The notes: generated by a model not told the origin, from the sequence alone. Numbered from the stretch's first letter, positions 35,383 to 45,861 are shown. The stretch: 64,000 nt of DNA from an uncultured Actinomycetota bacterium (GCA_963707475.1 CAVPQC010000005.1:2772603-2836602), one strand, 5' to 3'. Numbers and translations: made by a program.

Positions 35383-35637
35383 GTGGCGCCCGAGATCCAG
35401 GTCGTCGACTTCGGCCGGCTGCCGATCGCCTACGACGCACGCGTCCTGCAGCCGCGCGCGTGGACGACGGCGCAGGCGCAGTGGGCTGCCGAGATCCTGC
35501 CGGGGCTTCCCCCGGGGCCGGTGCTGGAAATGCGTGCCGCCGTGGAGGAGCTGACCGCAGGCAGGTTGGAGCCCGGCGACCGGCGGGTGTACCCCGGCCA
35601 GGGCGTGTTGCTGAGGCTGGACCGGAGCAGCCACTGA
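35383..35637 (+). pseudogene. HemK-like methyltransferase N-terminal remnant
   Basis: IAYDARVLQPRAWT..QAQWAAE..GPVLE; SAM-binding motif absent. Confidence 0.5.
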
Positions 35638-35666
35638 GTGAGAGCCCGAGAACAGGAGAGCGAACA

Positions 35667-36362
35667 GTGGAACCAATCCCGCCCACGCGTGAGGCGATCG
35701 AGAAGCTGGAGCGCCTCGGTGACACCGACGTCGAGCGGATCCTGCGACGCCTCGGCGAGCGGGTGGTCAGCGAGGTGCCCACATGTGTGGGTCTCAGCCT
35801 CACCTTGGTGGACGACAACGTCACTCTGACTCTGGTCGCCTCCGACCCGGACACCTCCCAGCTGGACGCCATGCAGTACCTCGACGGGGGTCCATGTGTC
35901 GAGGCCACGACGTCCGACCGGCTGGTCGAGATCAACGAGGCCGACCTGCTCGACGAGGATCGCTGGTCGCTGTTCGCCCGTGCGAGCGCCACACACGGAG
36001 TCCAGAGCAGCCTCTCGATGCCGCTCGTCGACCAGGGCCGCGTGGTCGGTGGCGTCAATCTCTACGCCTCCACCCGCGACGCGTTCCGGGGCCACCACGA
36101 CGAGCTCGCGCGGTTCGTGGGCGCGCACGCGCCCGACGCCGTCAGCGATGCCGACCTGTCCTTCAGCACGCGGCTGCGCGCCGCCGCCGCCCCCGGTGTG
36201 CTGGCCGCCCAGGCCGACATCGACATGGCAGTGGGCTTCATCGCGGCGAGCCAGGGTGTCGACACGGAGATCGCACTGGAGCGGCTGCACGACGCCGCCG
36301 CCAGGTCGGGGAGCACGGCCGTGGAGGTGGCGCGTACCGTCATCAGGCTGCACCTGACCTGA
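35667..36362 (+). CDS. GAF-ANTAR protein 2
   Basis: QYLDGGPC, GGVNLYA, IDMAVGFIAA; RBS AGGAG. Confidence 0.85.
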   Translation: MEPIPPTREAIEKLERLGDTDVERILRRLGERVVSEVPTCVGLSLTLVDDNVTLTLVASDPDTSQLDAMQYLDGGPCVEATTSDRLVEINEADLLDEDRWSLFARASATHGVQSSLSMPLVDQGRVVGGVNLYASTRDAFRGHHDELARFVGAHAPDAVSDADLSFSTRLRAAAAPGVLAAQADIDMAVGFIAASQGVDTEIALERLHDAAARSGSTAVEVARTVIRLHLT

Positions 36363-36369
36363 GCGTGCG

Positions 36370-37080
36370 TCACGCCTTGTCGAAGCCCCGGTGGGTCTCA
36401 TCGACCACGGTGCGCGCGAGCTCACTCACCGGGACACCCTTGGCCGCGGCCCGACGCACCAGCAGGTCGAAGGCGGCCGCCATGCCCACGTCGTGCTGGT
36501 AGGCAAGGACGCCCTTGGCCTGCTCGACCACCGAGCGTGCGGTCACCGCCTCGTGCACGCGCGCCGTGATCTGGTCGGTTGGCACGTCCGAGGCGTGCAC
36601 CACCACCAGCGTGGCGAGATCGGCCACCATCCGCCCGATGGTGTCGCACTCCGGCGTGAGGACCGCTCCGCTCAGGAAGATGTTGAGGCCGCCGATGACC
36701 TGCTCGCGCCAGCGCATCGGATATGCATGGACGGCCGTGAACCCGTGGCGAGCGATTGCCTCGCCGATCGGGCCCCAGCGCTGCACCAGCTCGGCCTCGC
36801 CCGACGCGAGCACCGGGGCGCCCGAGGAGATCGCCTCGACGCACGGCCCCCGGTCGTGCTGCAGCTGGAGGAGCTCGAGCTCCTCGGCGCGGTGCGACGT
36901 GGCGCTCAGCAGCTCCAGTCCCGGCCGGCCGTCGCGCACCAGCACCGCAACCGCGCGTGCCGGATAGAGCTCGGCGCAGTTCTCCAGCAGCTCGCGAAGA
37001 ACGTCGCCGGGGTCACGGTGCCCGACGATGCCGGACATCGCGTCGGCGAACGCCCGGATCGACGTCATCGGAGTGGTCAT
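36370..37080 (-). CDS. GAF-ANTAR protein 3
   Basis: QLQHDRGPC; RSVVEQAKGVLA. Confidence 0.9.
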   Translation of the reverse strand: MTTPMTSIRAFADAMSGIVGHRDPGDVLRELLENCAELYPARAVAVLVRDGRPGLELLSATSHRAEELELLQLQHDRGPCVEAISSGAPVLASGEAELVQRWGPIGEAIARHGFTAVHAYPMRWREQVIGGLNIFLSGAVLTPECDTIGRMVADLATLVVVHASDVPTDQITARVHEAVTARSVVEQAKGVLAYQHDVGMAAAFDLLVRRAAAKGVPVSELARTVVDETHRGFDKA

Positions 37081-37781
37081 GCCTCGCCCCGGCCGTCGTC
37101 GTCGAGCCGGAAGTCCAGCTCGCGGGAGACCACCAGACCCGCGACCTCGACCAGCGTCACTCCGTGGGCGAACGCGTGGGCGCGCAGCAGCGCGAGGGCG
37201 TCCTCCGGCGCGATCCGGAGCTGGGCCACCACCATGCCTGTCGCCTGGTTCACCCGGTCACGGGACGTCCAGACCAGGTCACCGGGCTCGGACCGGTCGA
37301 ACCCGCCGAGCACAGCGATGCCGATCGCGTCGACCAGGAACTGGGCGTCGCGCCCGTCGACCGGCTCACCGGCTCCATCGAGTCGGTAGAGCGACACCAC
37401 CCCGAGCACGCTTCGGTCGGGCATCATCGGTACGGCGAAGAGCCGGATGCTCGGGTGCTCCTCCGTGAGCGCCGTCATCAGCATCGGCCACTGTGCTCGC
37501 TGCCCGCGCGAGCCGGACACCACCTGCACGGCGCTCCGATGGGCGTCGAGGCTGGGACCTTCCCTGAAGACGTCCTGGAGCTCCTCGATCCGCTGCGCGA
37601 GGGGCGTGGTGGCGCACACGGTCGCCCGCTCGGTGGGCGCGTAGCCGATCGTGATCGCGCCGCCGTCCATGGCCAGAACCTCGGAGAGGGCGACGACGAG
37701 CCGACTAGGCAGCGGTGCCGCCGGACGGGTGTCGGCGAGCCGCCGCGTGAGCCGCGCCAGGAGGGAACCTTCGTCAGTCAC
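37077..37781 (-). CDS. GAF-ANTAR protein 4
   Basis: QDVFREGPS; RVNQATGMVVAQL..DALALLRAHAF; ATGA overlap with protein 3. Confidence 0.88.
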   Translation of the reverse strand: MTDEGSLLARLTRRLADTRPAAPLPSRLVVALSEVLAMDGGAITIGYAPTERATVCATTPLAQRIEELQDVFREGPSLDAHRSAVQVVSGSRGQRAQWPMLMTALTEEHPSIRLFAVPMMPDRSVLGVVSLYRLDGAGEPVDGRDAQFLVDAIGIAVLGGFDRSEPGDLVWTSRDRVNQATGMVVAQLRIAPEDALALLRAHAFAHGVTLVEVAGLVVSRELDFRLDDDGRGEA

Positions 37782-37925
37782 AGGCACCTCCTGCCTCTTC
37801 GAACGTACCACCGGCTTGGCCGCCCACCCGCCATGTCACTCGGGAGGCGAGTACGTTGGAGTAGTTCAGCCGCCCGGACCGACGCGCATGGCGCCTCCGC
37901 CGCTGTCGAGCGGGATGGAGGGTCG

Positions 37926-38612
37926 ATGACGACCACCGTGTCACACGTCGCCTCGATCGCGGAGGCGGTGCGCACCCTCAGCCGCGATCACGACCTCGAC
38001 CAGACGTTGGCCCGGATCGCCGAGGTCGCCGGCAGATCCGTTCCGGGCTTCGATCACGTGGGCATCTCGATCGTGACCCGCTCCGGCGAGATCGAGAACA
38101 GGGCGGCCACCGATCCACGCGCGGCGCAGCTCGATGACCTCCAGTACGAGCTCGGCGAGGGCCCCTGCCTGTCGGCGATGCGTGAGCAGCCCGTCGTCAC
38201 GGTGCCGTTCGCGCGACACGACCAGCGCTGGCCGACGTACATGCCGAGAGCCGTGGCGTTCGGCCTTCGCGCCCAGCTCGCCGTCCGACTGTTCCTCGAC
38301 GACGGCGGCACCTTGGGCGCGCTCAACTTCTACTCGATGTCGCGCGACACCGTGCACGTGGAGGCGGAGCCCCTCGCCGACCTGTTCGCGGCCCACGCGG
38401 CGAGCGTGCTCGAGTGGGCCCGCGAGGTCTCCGAGCTCAACACTGCGTTGGAGTCACGCAAGATCATCGGTCAGGCGATCGGCATCGTGATGGAGCGTTA
38501 TGGGCTGCGCGAGGACCGCGCCTTCGCCTTCCTGGTGCGGGCGTCGTCACACGACAACGTCAAGATCCGTGACATCGCCCTCAGACTTGTGAACGAGGGC
38601 AACGCGCGCTGA
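37926..38612 (+). CDS. GAF-ANTAR protein 5
   Basis: QYELGEGPC; SRKIIGQAIGIVMERY..AFAFLVRAS. Confidence 0.9.
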   Translation: MTTTVSHVASIAEAVRTLSRDHDLDQTLARIAEVAGRSVPGFDHVGISIVTRSGEIENRAATDPRAAQLDDLQYELGEGPCLSAMREQPVVTVPFARHDQRWPTYMPRAVAFGLRAQLAVRLFLDDGGTLGALNFYSMSRDTVHVEAEPLADLFAAHAASVLEWAREVSELNTALESRKIIGQAIGIVMERYGLREDRAFAFLVRASSHDNVKIRDIALRLVNEGNAR

Positions 38613-38749
38613 AGAGACATGTTTAACATCCGCGAGTGAGCGGTAATATCGGGACGTCTTCGAACGGTCCAGAATCGGCCGTTGGCGCGCAGGTCGTGGT
38701 CCCGTTTGACCACAGCTGCGCCTGAGTTTGCACGCAGGGGTTCAGCGAG

Positions 38750-39532
38750 ATGACAACTGAAGTCGCTTCGATTCGACCGGTCCCGACGAGCATCGTCCGG
38801 TCCCGGTCCGGCCCACGTGGCGCGGACCGATCCTTGACGGTGACCGTGCTCTCCGACTGCGAGCTGGTGCGCGACGGTGTCGCGCGGATGCTCGAGATGT
38901 CTGCTGCCTCGTTCGAGGTCCATGTGCCCGGTGCCGACGACGGCGACATCGGACCCGTCGACGTCCTGCTCGTCGATCCGGACTCCGACGGTCCGGCGTC
39001 GCCGAGCGTGACCGAGCTGTCCTTGGCGTACGGCGCTCGGCACGTGGTCGTGCACAGCTGGGACTCGACACCGCAGGCGGTGGAGGCGAGCCTCCGCCGG
39101 GGGGCCAGCGGTCACCTCGACAAGCGCCTCGATGCGGCGACACTCGCCAACGCGCTGCGACGAGTGGCCAACGGCGAGCAGGTCGTGCTGGTGTGTGACC
39201 ACAAGCAGGTCGAGAACCCCGACGTCGCGTCCCTGGCCGAGCTCCACCATCTGTCGGTGCGGGAGGCGGAGATCCTGCGGCTGATCTCACAGGGCCTCAG
39301 CAACCAGGAGATCGCCGAAAGGGCGTACCTCAGCATCAACACGGTGAAGTCCTACATCCGGTCGGCATACCGGAGGATGGGCGTCGAGAGCCGTAGCCAG
39401 GCGATCCTGTGGGCCATCGACCGTGGATTCGGCGACGCGCCGGATCCGCAGGCGCCGGCGACGCCCGACGCCTCTCAGCGGATGGAGATCTGGGACCGGG
39501 CAGAGGGGACGAGCCGGCCGATCACCGGGTGA
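38750..39532 (+). CDS. LuxR/NarL-family regulator with degenerate receiver domain
   Basis: LSVREAEIL..GLSNQEIA..LSINTVKSYIRSAYRRMG. Confidence 0.88.
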   Translation: MTTEVASIRPVPTSIVRSRSGPRGADRSLTVTVLSDCELVRDGVARMLEMSAASFEVHVPGADDGDIGPVDVLLVDPDSDGPASPSVTELSLAYGARHVVVHSWDSTPQAVEASLRRGASGHLDKRLDAATLANALRRVANGEQVVLVCDHKQVENPDVASLAELHHLSVREAEILRLISQGLSNQEIAERAYLSINTVKSYIRSAYRRMGVESRSQAILWAIDRGFGDAPDPQAPATPDASQRMEIWDRAEGTSRPITG

Positions 39533-40467
39533 CCGGGGAGCTCACCGGCGACCAGCAGACCACCCGAGGTCTGGGCGTCGGCCAGGAGCAGGAGCTCGTC
39601 GTCGTCGACGCGCTGGTCCAGGTGGGGGCGCACCCAGTCGAGGTTGCGCCGGGAGCCGCCCGGGACGTAGCCCCCTGCCAAGGACTCGCGGGCTCCGTCG
39701 ATGTACGGCACGGCGGCGGCGTCGATCTCGGCCCCGACACCGCTTGCGCGGCAGAGCTTGAGCAGGTGTCCGAGCAGCCCGAAGCCGGTGACATCGGTGG
39801 CACAGACGATCCCGCGCTCAACGGCTGCCCGTGATGCGTCGCGGTTCAACGTCGTCATCGTCACCACCGCCTCCTCGAACACCTCGCCGGTGGACTTGTG
39901 CCGGTTGTTCAGGATGCCGAGACCGAGCGGCTTGGTGAGGGTCAGTGGCGTCCCGGGCGCGCCTGTGTCGTTGCGCAGCAGCCGCTCCGGGTGCGCCAGG
40001 CCGGTCACCGCCATGCCGTACTTCGGCTCGCGGTCGTCGATGCTGTGCCCGCCGGCCACGTAGCACCCGGCCTCGCTCGCGACGTCGGCGCCGCCTCGCA
40101 GGACCTCGCCGGCCAGGTCGAACGGCAGGTCGTCACGCGGCCAGGCCAGGAGGTTGACGGCGACCAGCGGATCGCCACCCATCGCGTAGACGTCGGACAG
40201 CGCGTTGGCGGCGGCGATGCGTCCCCAGTCGTAGAGATCGTCGACGACGGGCGTGAAGAAGTCCGCCGTGACCACCACCGCCCGGTCGCCGTCGATCCGC
40301 ACCACCGCCCCGTCGTCGCCGTTCTCCATGCCGACGATGAGGTCGGCACCGGCGCGGCCTCCCGGCAGGTCGGCGAGCACGCGCTCCAGCTCACCCGCCG
40401 GCACCTTGCATGCGCAGCCCCCACCGGCGGCGTACTGGGTCAGGCGGAGCGGCAGGTCGAGGGTCAT
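39475..40467 (-). CDS. selD: Selenide, water dikinase (Cys form)
   Basis: RLTQYAAGGGCACK, DFFTPVVDD, TDVTGFGLLGHL, DAQTSGGLL. Confidence 0.95.
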   Translation of the reverse strand: MTLDLPLRLTQYAAGGGCACKVPAGELERVLADLPGGRAGADLIVGMENGDDGAVVRIDGDRAVVVTADFFTPVVDDLYDWGRIAAANALSDVYAMGGDPLVAVNLLAWPRDDLPFDLAGEVLRGGADVASEAGCYVAGGHSIDDREPKYGMAVTGLAHPERLLRNDTGAPGTPLTLTKPLGLGILNNRHKSTGEVFEEAVVTMTTLNRDASRAAVERGIVCATDVTGFGLLGHLLKLCRASGVGAEIDAAAVPYIDGARESLAGGYVPGGSRRNLDWVRPHLDQRVDDDELLLLADAQTSGGLLVAGELPGHPVIGRLVPSARSQISIR

Positions 40468-40476
40468 GGGTCCGGG

Positions 40477-40501
40477 GTACCCGACCTTGGCCCGTCCATT
40501 C
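40477..40501 (-). promoter_or_regulatory. SigB/SigF-type promoter for selD (near-leaderless)
   Basis: GAAT-N15-GGGTAC, 9 nt upstream of ATG. Confidence 0.6.
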
Positions 40502-41414
40502 AAGTCCGGGCGCGTGCCGCCATCCGCTCCCGCTGCGGTACGACCGTGTACTTCGGGTCGCGCGCCGACGCCAGGCCGGCCTCGAACACACCGAACCGGG
40601 TGACCACGGAACTGGCGACCAACGTCGCCCCGCAGATTGCCGACACCGCACGCGAGCGGCCGCTGAGCGTGGAGACGACCGTCGCGCCCAGCGTCATCCG
40701 CGACGCGAGCCGCATCAACCGACCCGGGCGTCCCCGCTCGTAGGGCTCGGCGACCATACCGAGTCGACGCTTGAGCAGCTCCGACGCGGTGAGCTCGATC
40801 GCCGCTCCCGCGATCGCCATCCGGCGGGCCGGGCGGCTGTGCTGCACGGGGGTCAGCAGGAGCGCCATACCGCCGGCGGCGCTGGCACCCGAGCCCGCGA
40901 AAAGGAACGGCAGCTCGCGGTGGGCCTCGTGCCAGGCGGGTACGGCGGTGTTGGCGAGCAGGGCGCCCGTGTACGTCGCGAGCGGCGGTCCGAACGCGGC
41001 AGCCCCGAGACCGGCCAGCCGTCCCAGCCGGGGCAGCCGGCCGGTCAGGCAGGACGCGGCTGCTGCCGACGAGAGTGCGCTGAACGGCGCGAGGATGAAC
41101 GAGCCGACGGACAGCGGGGACGTCGGCTTGACCACGCGCAGCATGTGCAGGAACCGCTCGGGCCGGCCAAGGTCATGGACCAGGAACACCGTGCCGACAC
41201 CGGCGCCCGACGCGGCGACGAGACGAGTGACCCGCTCGAGGGCGACGTTGCCGGTCAGCGCAGCCCCTTCTGCCAGCACCGCGGAGGCGCCGGCCATGCC
41301 GCCCAGGAAGAGGTAGAGCGGGACGTCGGGCGTCTTCCAGGTCGGGGTCTTGATGATCTGCCTGCCGTAGTAGGACTCGAACTCCGGCTCGGGGACCATG
41401 GTGCGTTCCCTCAT
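40500..41414 (-). CDS. NrfD/PsrC-family membrane anchor
   Basis: YLFLGG, DLGRPERFLHML..SPLSVGS, YTGALLANTAVPAW. Confidence 0.9.
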   Translation of the reverse strand: MRERTMVPEPEFESYYGRQIIKTPTWKTPDVPLYLFLGGMAGASAVLAEGAALTGNVALERVTRLVAASGAGVGTVFLVHDLGRPERFLHMLRVVKPTSPLSVGSFILAPFSALSSAAAASCLTGRLPRLGRLAGLGAAAFGPPLATYTGALLANTAVPAWHEAHRELPFLFAGSGASAAGGMALLLTPVQHSRPARRMAIAGAAIELTASELLKRRLGMVAEPYERGRPGRLMRLASRMTLGATVVSTLSGRSRAVSAICGATLVASSVVTRFGVFEAGLASARDPKYTVVPQRERMAARART

Positions 41415-42335
41415 CGGCGCCGTCCCAGGAACGACGCCACGCCGACCGCGGCCAGTGCGCTCGCGGCGGCGCCGACGTGCTTCCAGATCGAGCCGAGGTC
41501 GCGGGTCGTGACCACGGGGTCGGGTGGAAGTCCGTAGACCTCCGGCTCGTCGAGGAGCAGGAAGAAGGCGCCGTCGCCGCCGACGCCGTCGTCGGGGTCC
41601 TCCCCGTAGAGCCGGGCGACGTCCACACCCTTGTCGTGCAGCTCGGCGACGCGGAGCCGGGCCCGCTCGCGCAGCTCGCCGACCTCGCCGTACTGGATCG
41701 ACTGGGTAGGGCAGGCCTGCGCGCACGCCGGGGTCTGGCCGTCCTTGAGCCGGTCGTAGCAGAGGGTGCACTTGAACGCACGGCCGTCGTCCTTGCGCAG
41801 GTCGATCACGCCGTAGGGACAGGCTGGCACGCAGTAGCCGCAGCCGTTGCAGATGTCGGGCTGGACGACGACGGTGCCGAACTCGGTGCGGAAGAGCGAC
41901 CCCGTCGGGCACACGTCGAGGCAGGCCGCGTGCGTGCAGTGCTTGCACACGTCGGAGGACATCAGCCACCGGATGCCCCCGTCGCCCGAGGCCGTGGCCT
42001 GGTCCTCGCCCGAGGGAAGGCCGCCCTCGTGGGTGTCCCATCCCGGGGGACCCATGCCGGGGAGGCCGAGATCGGTCGTCGTCGGATGAAGGGGCTTCTC
42101 CACGAAGGCAACGTGGCGCCAGGTGCTCGCCCCGAGCGCCTGGGTGTTGTCGTAGGACATGCCCGGTCAGCTCGAACCCGTCGTCGGGGACCTGGTTCCA
42201 CTCCTTGCAGGCCACCTCGCAGGCCTTGCACCCGATGCACACCGAGGTGTCGGTGAAGAAGCCCATCCGCGGCGCGTGGTCGTCGTACCCCGCGTCGCCG
42301 GTCACGTCGTCTAGTCGTCCCCACAAGGAACCCAT
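41411..42335 (-). CDS. Formate dehydrogenase Fe-S (beta) subunit, frameshift near 42165
   Basis: CIGCKACEVACK, CKHCTHAACLDVCP, CNGCGYCVPACP, CTLCYDR..CAQACP. Confidence 0.92.
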
Positions 42336-45300
42336 CAGTCCGTGCCTCCGTTCGTCGGGTGCTGCGGGTCGACCCCGGCGCGCTCGCCGGTAGTCCGCGA
42401 CGTACGCCGTGAGGTCGCGACCCCGCGGCCGGCGGCCGGGCCGGATGTCGCAGGTGCCGACCTTGTCCTGGATGTAGACGTTGGGGTCCATGGTGACGTT
42501 GACCAGGTCGTTCGGGCGAGTCGCCGGTCGTGATTCCGTTGGCACCCCAGTGGTACGGCAGCCCCACCTGCTCGACGATGCGGTCACCGAGCCGCAGCGA
42601 GCGCAGCCGGTCGGTCACCAGCACCCGCGCCTCGATGGCGGTGCGCGCGGTGACGATCGTCGCCCAACCCGAGGTGCTCGAGCCCTCGCTGACGCGCCAG
42701 CCGCGGGGAGACCTCGCAGAACGGCTCCGGCTGGAGCTCGGTGAGGTAGGGCAGCGTGCTGCTCATGGCGCCCGCGGTGTGGTGCTCGGTGAGCCGGTAC
42801 GTGGTGAAGACGTATGGGAAGACCTCCGAGAAGCTCGGGTTGACCGGGTTGCGCGGGTCGTCGAGGCGTCGTCGCGCCGGGTTGCCCTGCTGGCGAGTGC
42901 AAGGGGTTGTGCACCGGTGACTCCGGCGGCTCGTAGTGGGTGGGCATCGGCCCGTCGGCCAGACCCGAGCGGGGCGAACAACCAGGCCTTGCCGTCGGTC
43001 TGCATGACGAACGGGTCGTGGCCGCCGATCGCGTCGGGACCCTTCGCGCCCTTGGCGGGCACGTGGTCGGGCGCCCGGTCCGGCACGAAGTCCGGCACGT
43101 CGACGGCCGACCCACTTGCTGCTGCTCCGCGTCCCACCAGACGTACTTCTTGCGCTCGCTCCACGGGCTGCCGTCGGGTGCGGCGGAGGCTCGGTTGTAG
43201 AGGATGCGCCGGTTGGCCGGCCATACCCAGCCCCACTCGGCGGCGACCTGGTCCTGCTCCCAGTGCGGCTTGCGGCGCCGGGCCTGGTTGACCTCGTCGG
43301 CGTAGACGCCGCAGTAGATCCAGCAGCCGCACGCGGTCGAGCCGTCGGGCTTCAGCTCGGTGTACGCCGACAGTGCCGCGCCGTCCGGTCCGGTGCCGTT
43401 GATCTCGCGCAGCACCGCCTGGCCGTCCGGCTCACCGCGCTCGTCGACCGGGTAGTCCCAGGCCAGGTCCAGCAGCGGCCGGTCCCGGTCGTCGGTGGAG
43501 CCGGCCAGCCGCTCGCGGATGCGATGCCCGAGCTCGTAGTAGAAGTCCAGGTCGCTGCGGGCGTCGCCGGGCGGGTCGACGGCCTTGTCGCGCCACTGCA
43601 GCATCCGCTGGGTCTGGGTGAACGAGCCGGCCTTCTCCACGTGCGTGGCAGCCGGCAGGAAGAAGATCTCGGTGCCGATCTCCTCGGTGACGAGCTCGCC
43701 GGTCTCGATCTCGGGGCCGTCCTTCCAGAACGTCGCCGACTCGATCATCTGCAGGTCGCGTACGACGAGCCAGTCGAGGTTGGCCAGCCCGAGGCGTTGC
43801 ATCTTGCCGTTCGCCGACCCGACCGCGGGGTTCTCCCCGACCAGGAAGTAGCCCTTGCACCGGCCCTCGATCTGGGCCTTGACCGTGTTGTACGTCGAGT
43901 GGTCACCGGTGATCCGCGGCAGGTAGTCGAAGCAGAAGTCGTTGTCGGCCGTGGCCGCGTCGCCCCAGTAGGACTTCAGCAGGCTCACGGCGTAGGAGCG
44001 CACGTTGCCCCAGAACCCGGCCTTGCCCTCGTCGTCCGCGACCCACTCGTCCAGCGACTGGTGCTGCGATCGGCCTGCGGCATCGGCAGGTAGCCGGGCA
44101 GGATGTTGAACAGGGTCGGGATGTCGGTCGAGCCCTGGATGCTCGCGTGGCCGCGCAGCGCCATGATCCCGCCGCCCGGGCGGCCGATGTTGCCGAGCAG
44201 CGTCTGCAGGATCGCCGCCGTGCGGATCATCTGCGCGCCGACGGTGTGATGCGTCCACCCGACGGCGTAGCAGAACGCGCCGGTCCGCTCGCGCCCGCTG
44301 TTGCTCGTGAGCGCGTCGGCCACCTCGCGCGAACTGCTCGGGCTCGATGCCGCACACCTCCTGCACCATCTCGGGGGTGTAGCGGGCGAAGTGCCGCTTC
44401 AGGATCTGGAACACGCAGCTGCGGGTCCTGCAGTGTCTCGTCCCGGCGTCCCTTCCAGTGAGACGGGCGCCCCGCCGGAGCCGTGACTCTCGGAGCGTGC
44501 CGCCTGGTGTGACGCCCGCTGGTCGGCGCCCGGGGCCTCGTCCCCTTCGAACTCCTCCTCGCGCTGCTGCTCGTCCTCGTCCAGGTCCTCGGGCGGCTGG
44601 TATCGCCACGTGGTCGGGTCGTAGAGGCCGGTGTCCGGGTCGAATCCGGAGAACAGGCCGTCGAGGTCCTCGGTGTCGGCGAAGGCGTCGTCGATGAGGT
44701 TCGCGGCGTTCGTGTAGGCGACGACGTACTCGCGGAAGTCCAGGTCGTTGCTCAGCACGTGGTTGACGAGACCACCGAGGAAGGCGATGTCGGAGCCGGC
44801 CCGGATCGGGACGTGCAGGTCGGCCACGGCCGAGGTCCGCGTGAATCGCGGGTCGACGTGGATGACCTTGGCGCCCCGGCGCTTGGCCTCCATCACCCAC
44901 TGGAAGCCGACCGGGTGGGCCTCGGCCATGTTGGAGCCCTCGATCAGGATGCAGTCAGCGTTCTGCAGGTCCTGCAGGTTGGTCGTTGCGCCACCACGGC
45001 CGAACGAGGTGCCCAGACCGGGCACCGTGGAGGAGTGTCATATGCGGGCCTGGTTCTCGATCTGGATCGCGCCCATCGCCGTGTAGAGCTTCTTCATGAG
45101 GTAGTTCTCCTCGTTGTCGAGGGTCGCTCCTCCGAGGCTCGCGATGCCGAGGGTGCGGCGGGTCCGACGACCCTCCTCGTCCTCCCACTCCCAGTACTCC
45201 TTGCGGGTGCGGACCACCCGGTCGGCGATCATGTCCATCGCCGTGTCGAGGTCGAGGTCCTCCCACTCGGTGCCGTGCGGCCGCCGGTAGCGGACCTTCG

Positions 45301-45606
45301 TCACCCGGCTCGGTGAGGTCACCAGCTGCTTGCTCGCGCTGCCCTTCGGGCACAGCCGTCCGCGGGAGATCGGGGCTGGCCGGGTCGCCCTCGATCTGGG
45401 TCACGCGGCCGTCCTTGACGAACACCTTCTGCGCGCAGCCGACGGCGCAGAAGGGGCAGACCGAGCTGACGACGGTGTCGGCGTCGACGGTGCGTGGCTG
45501 CAGCGTGCGGCTGCGGGCCGACATCGACGCGGCCCCACGGCCGAGCCGGTCGGGTCCGGTCAGCTGCCGGACCAGGGGCCACTCCGAGGAAGCGCTTCTC
45601 TCCCAT
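42335..45606 (-). CDS. Selenocysteine-containing formate dehydrogenase alpha subunit (FdnG/FdoG-like), several frameshifts
   Basis: CPFCAVGC, ENQARI-UGA(45040-45038)-HSSTVPGLG, SNMAEAHPVGF, ALRGHASIQG, TTYRLTEH. Confidence 0.93.
45008..45040 (-). ncRNA. Sec UGA codon plus bacterial SECIS element
   Basis: UGA-N11-GGUGCCC-GGUCU-GGGCACC, same geometry as E. coli fdhF SECIS. Confidence 0.9.
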
Positions 45607-45681
45607 GGGTCGAACCTACCCACTCCGACCCCCGGCCCGCCTCTGCCTCCAAGGGTGGTTTCGCGGCGGCGGACGGCCCCA

Positions 45682-45735
45682 AGATGGGTGAGTCCAAGGC
45701 GAGCACGCTTGCACCCCCCTTGGACTCACCCATCT
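45682..45735. promoter_or_regulatory. 18-bp perfect inverted repeat in the divergent fdh/selC intergenic region
   Basis: AGATGGGTGAGTCCAAGG-N18-CCTTGGACTCACCCATCT. Confidence 0.7.
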
Positions 45736-45747
45736 ACAGTGAGCCGC

Positions 45748-45842
45748 GGAGGCGTTCCTCGTCTGGTGACGGGCGCGGTCCTCAAAACCGTTGTGGCCGG
45801 GCATCCCGGTCAGGCGGGTTCGATTCCCGTCCGCCTCCGCCA
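45748..45842 (+). tRNA. selC: tRNA-Sec (anticodon UCA)
   Basis: 95 nt, 6-bp D stem with 4-nt loop, anticodon loop CC-UCA-AA, long variable arm, GTTCGA T-loop, GCCA end. Confidence 0.95.
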
Positions 45843-45861
45843 CGTCCAAGGAGAGAGCCTG

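Noticed and set aside
40420-40467. SelD as a second selenoprotein
   Set aside because: Active site is GGGCACK with TGC codons and no UGA
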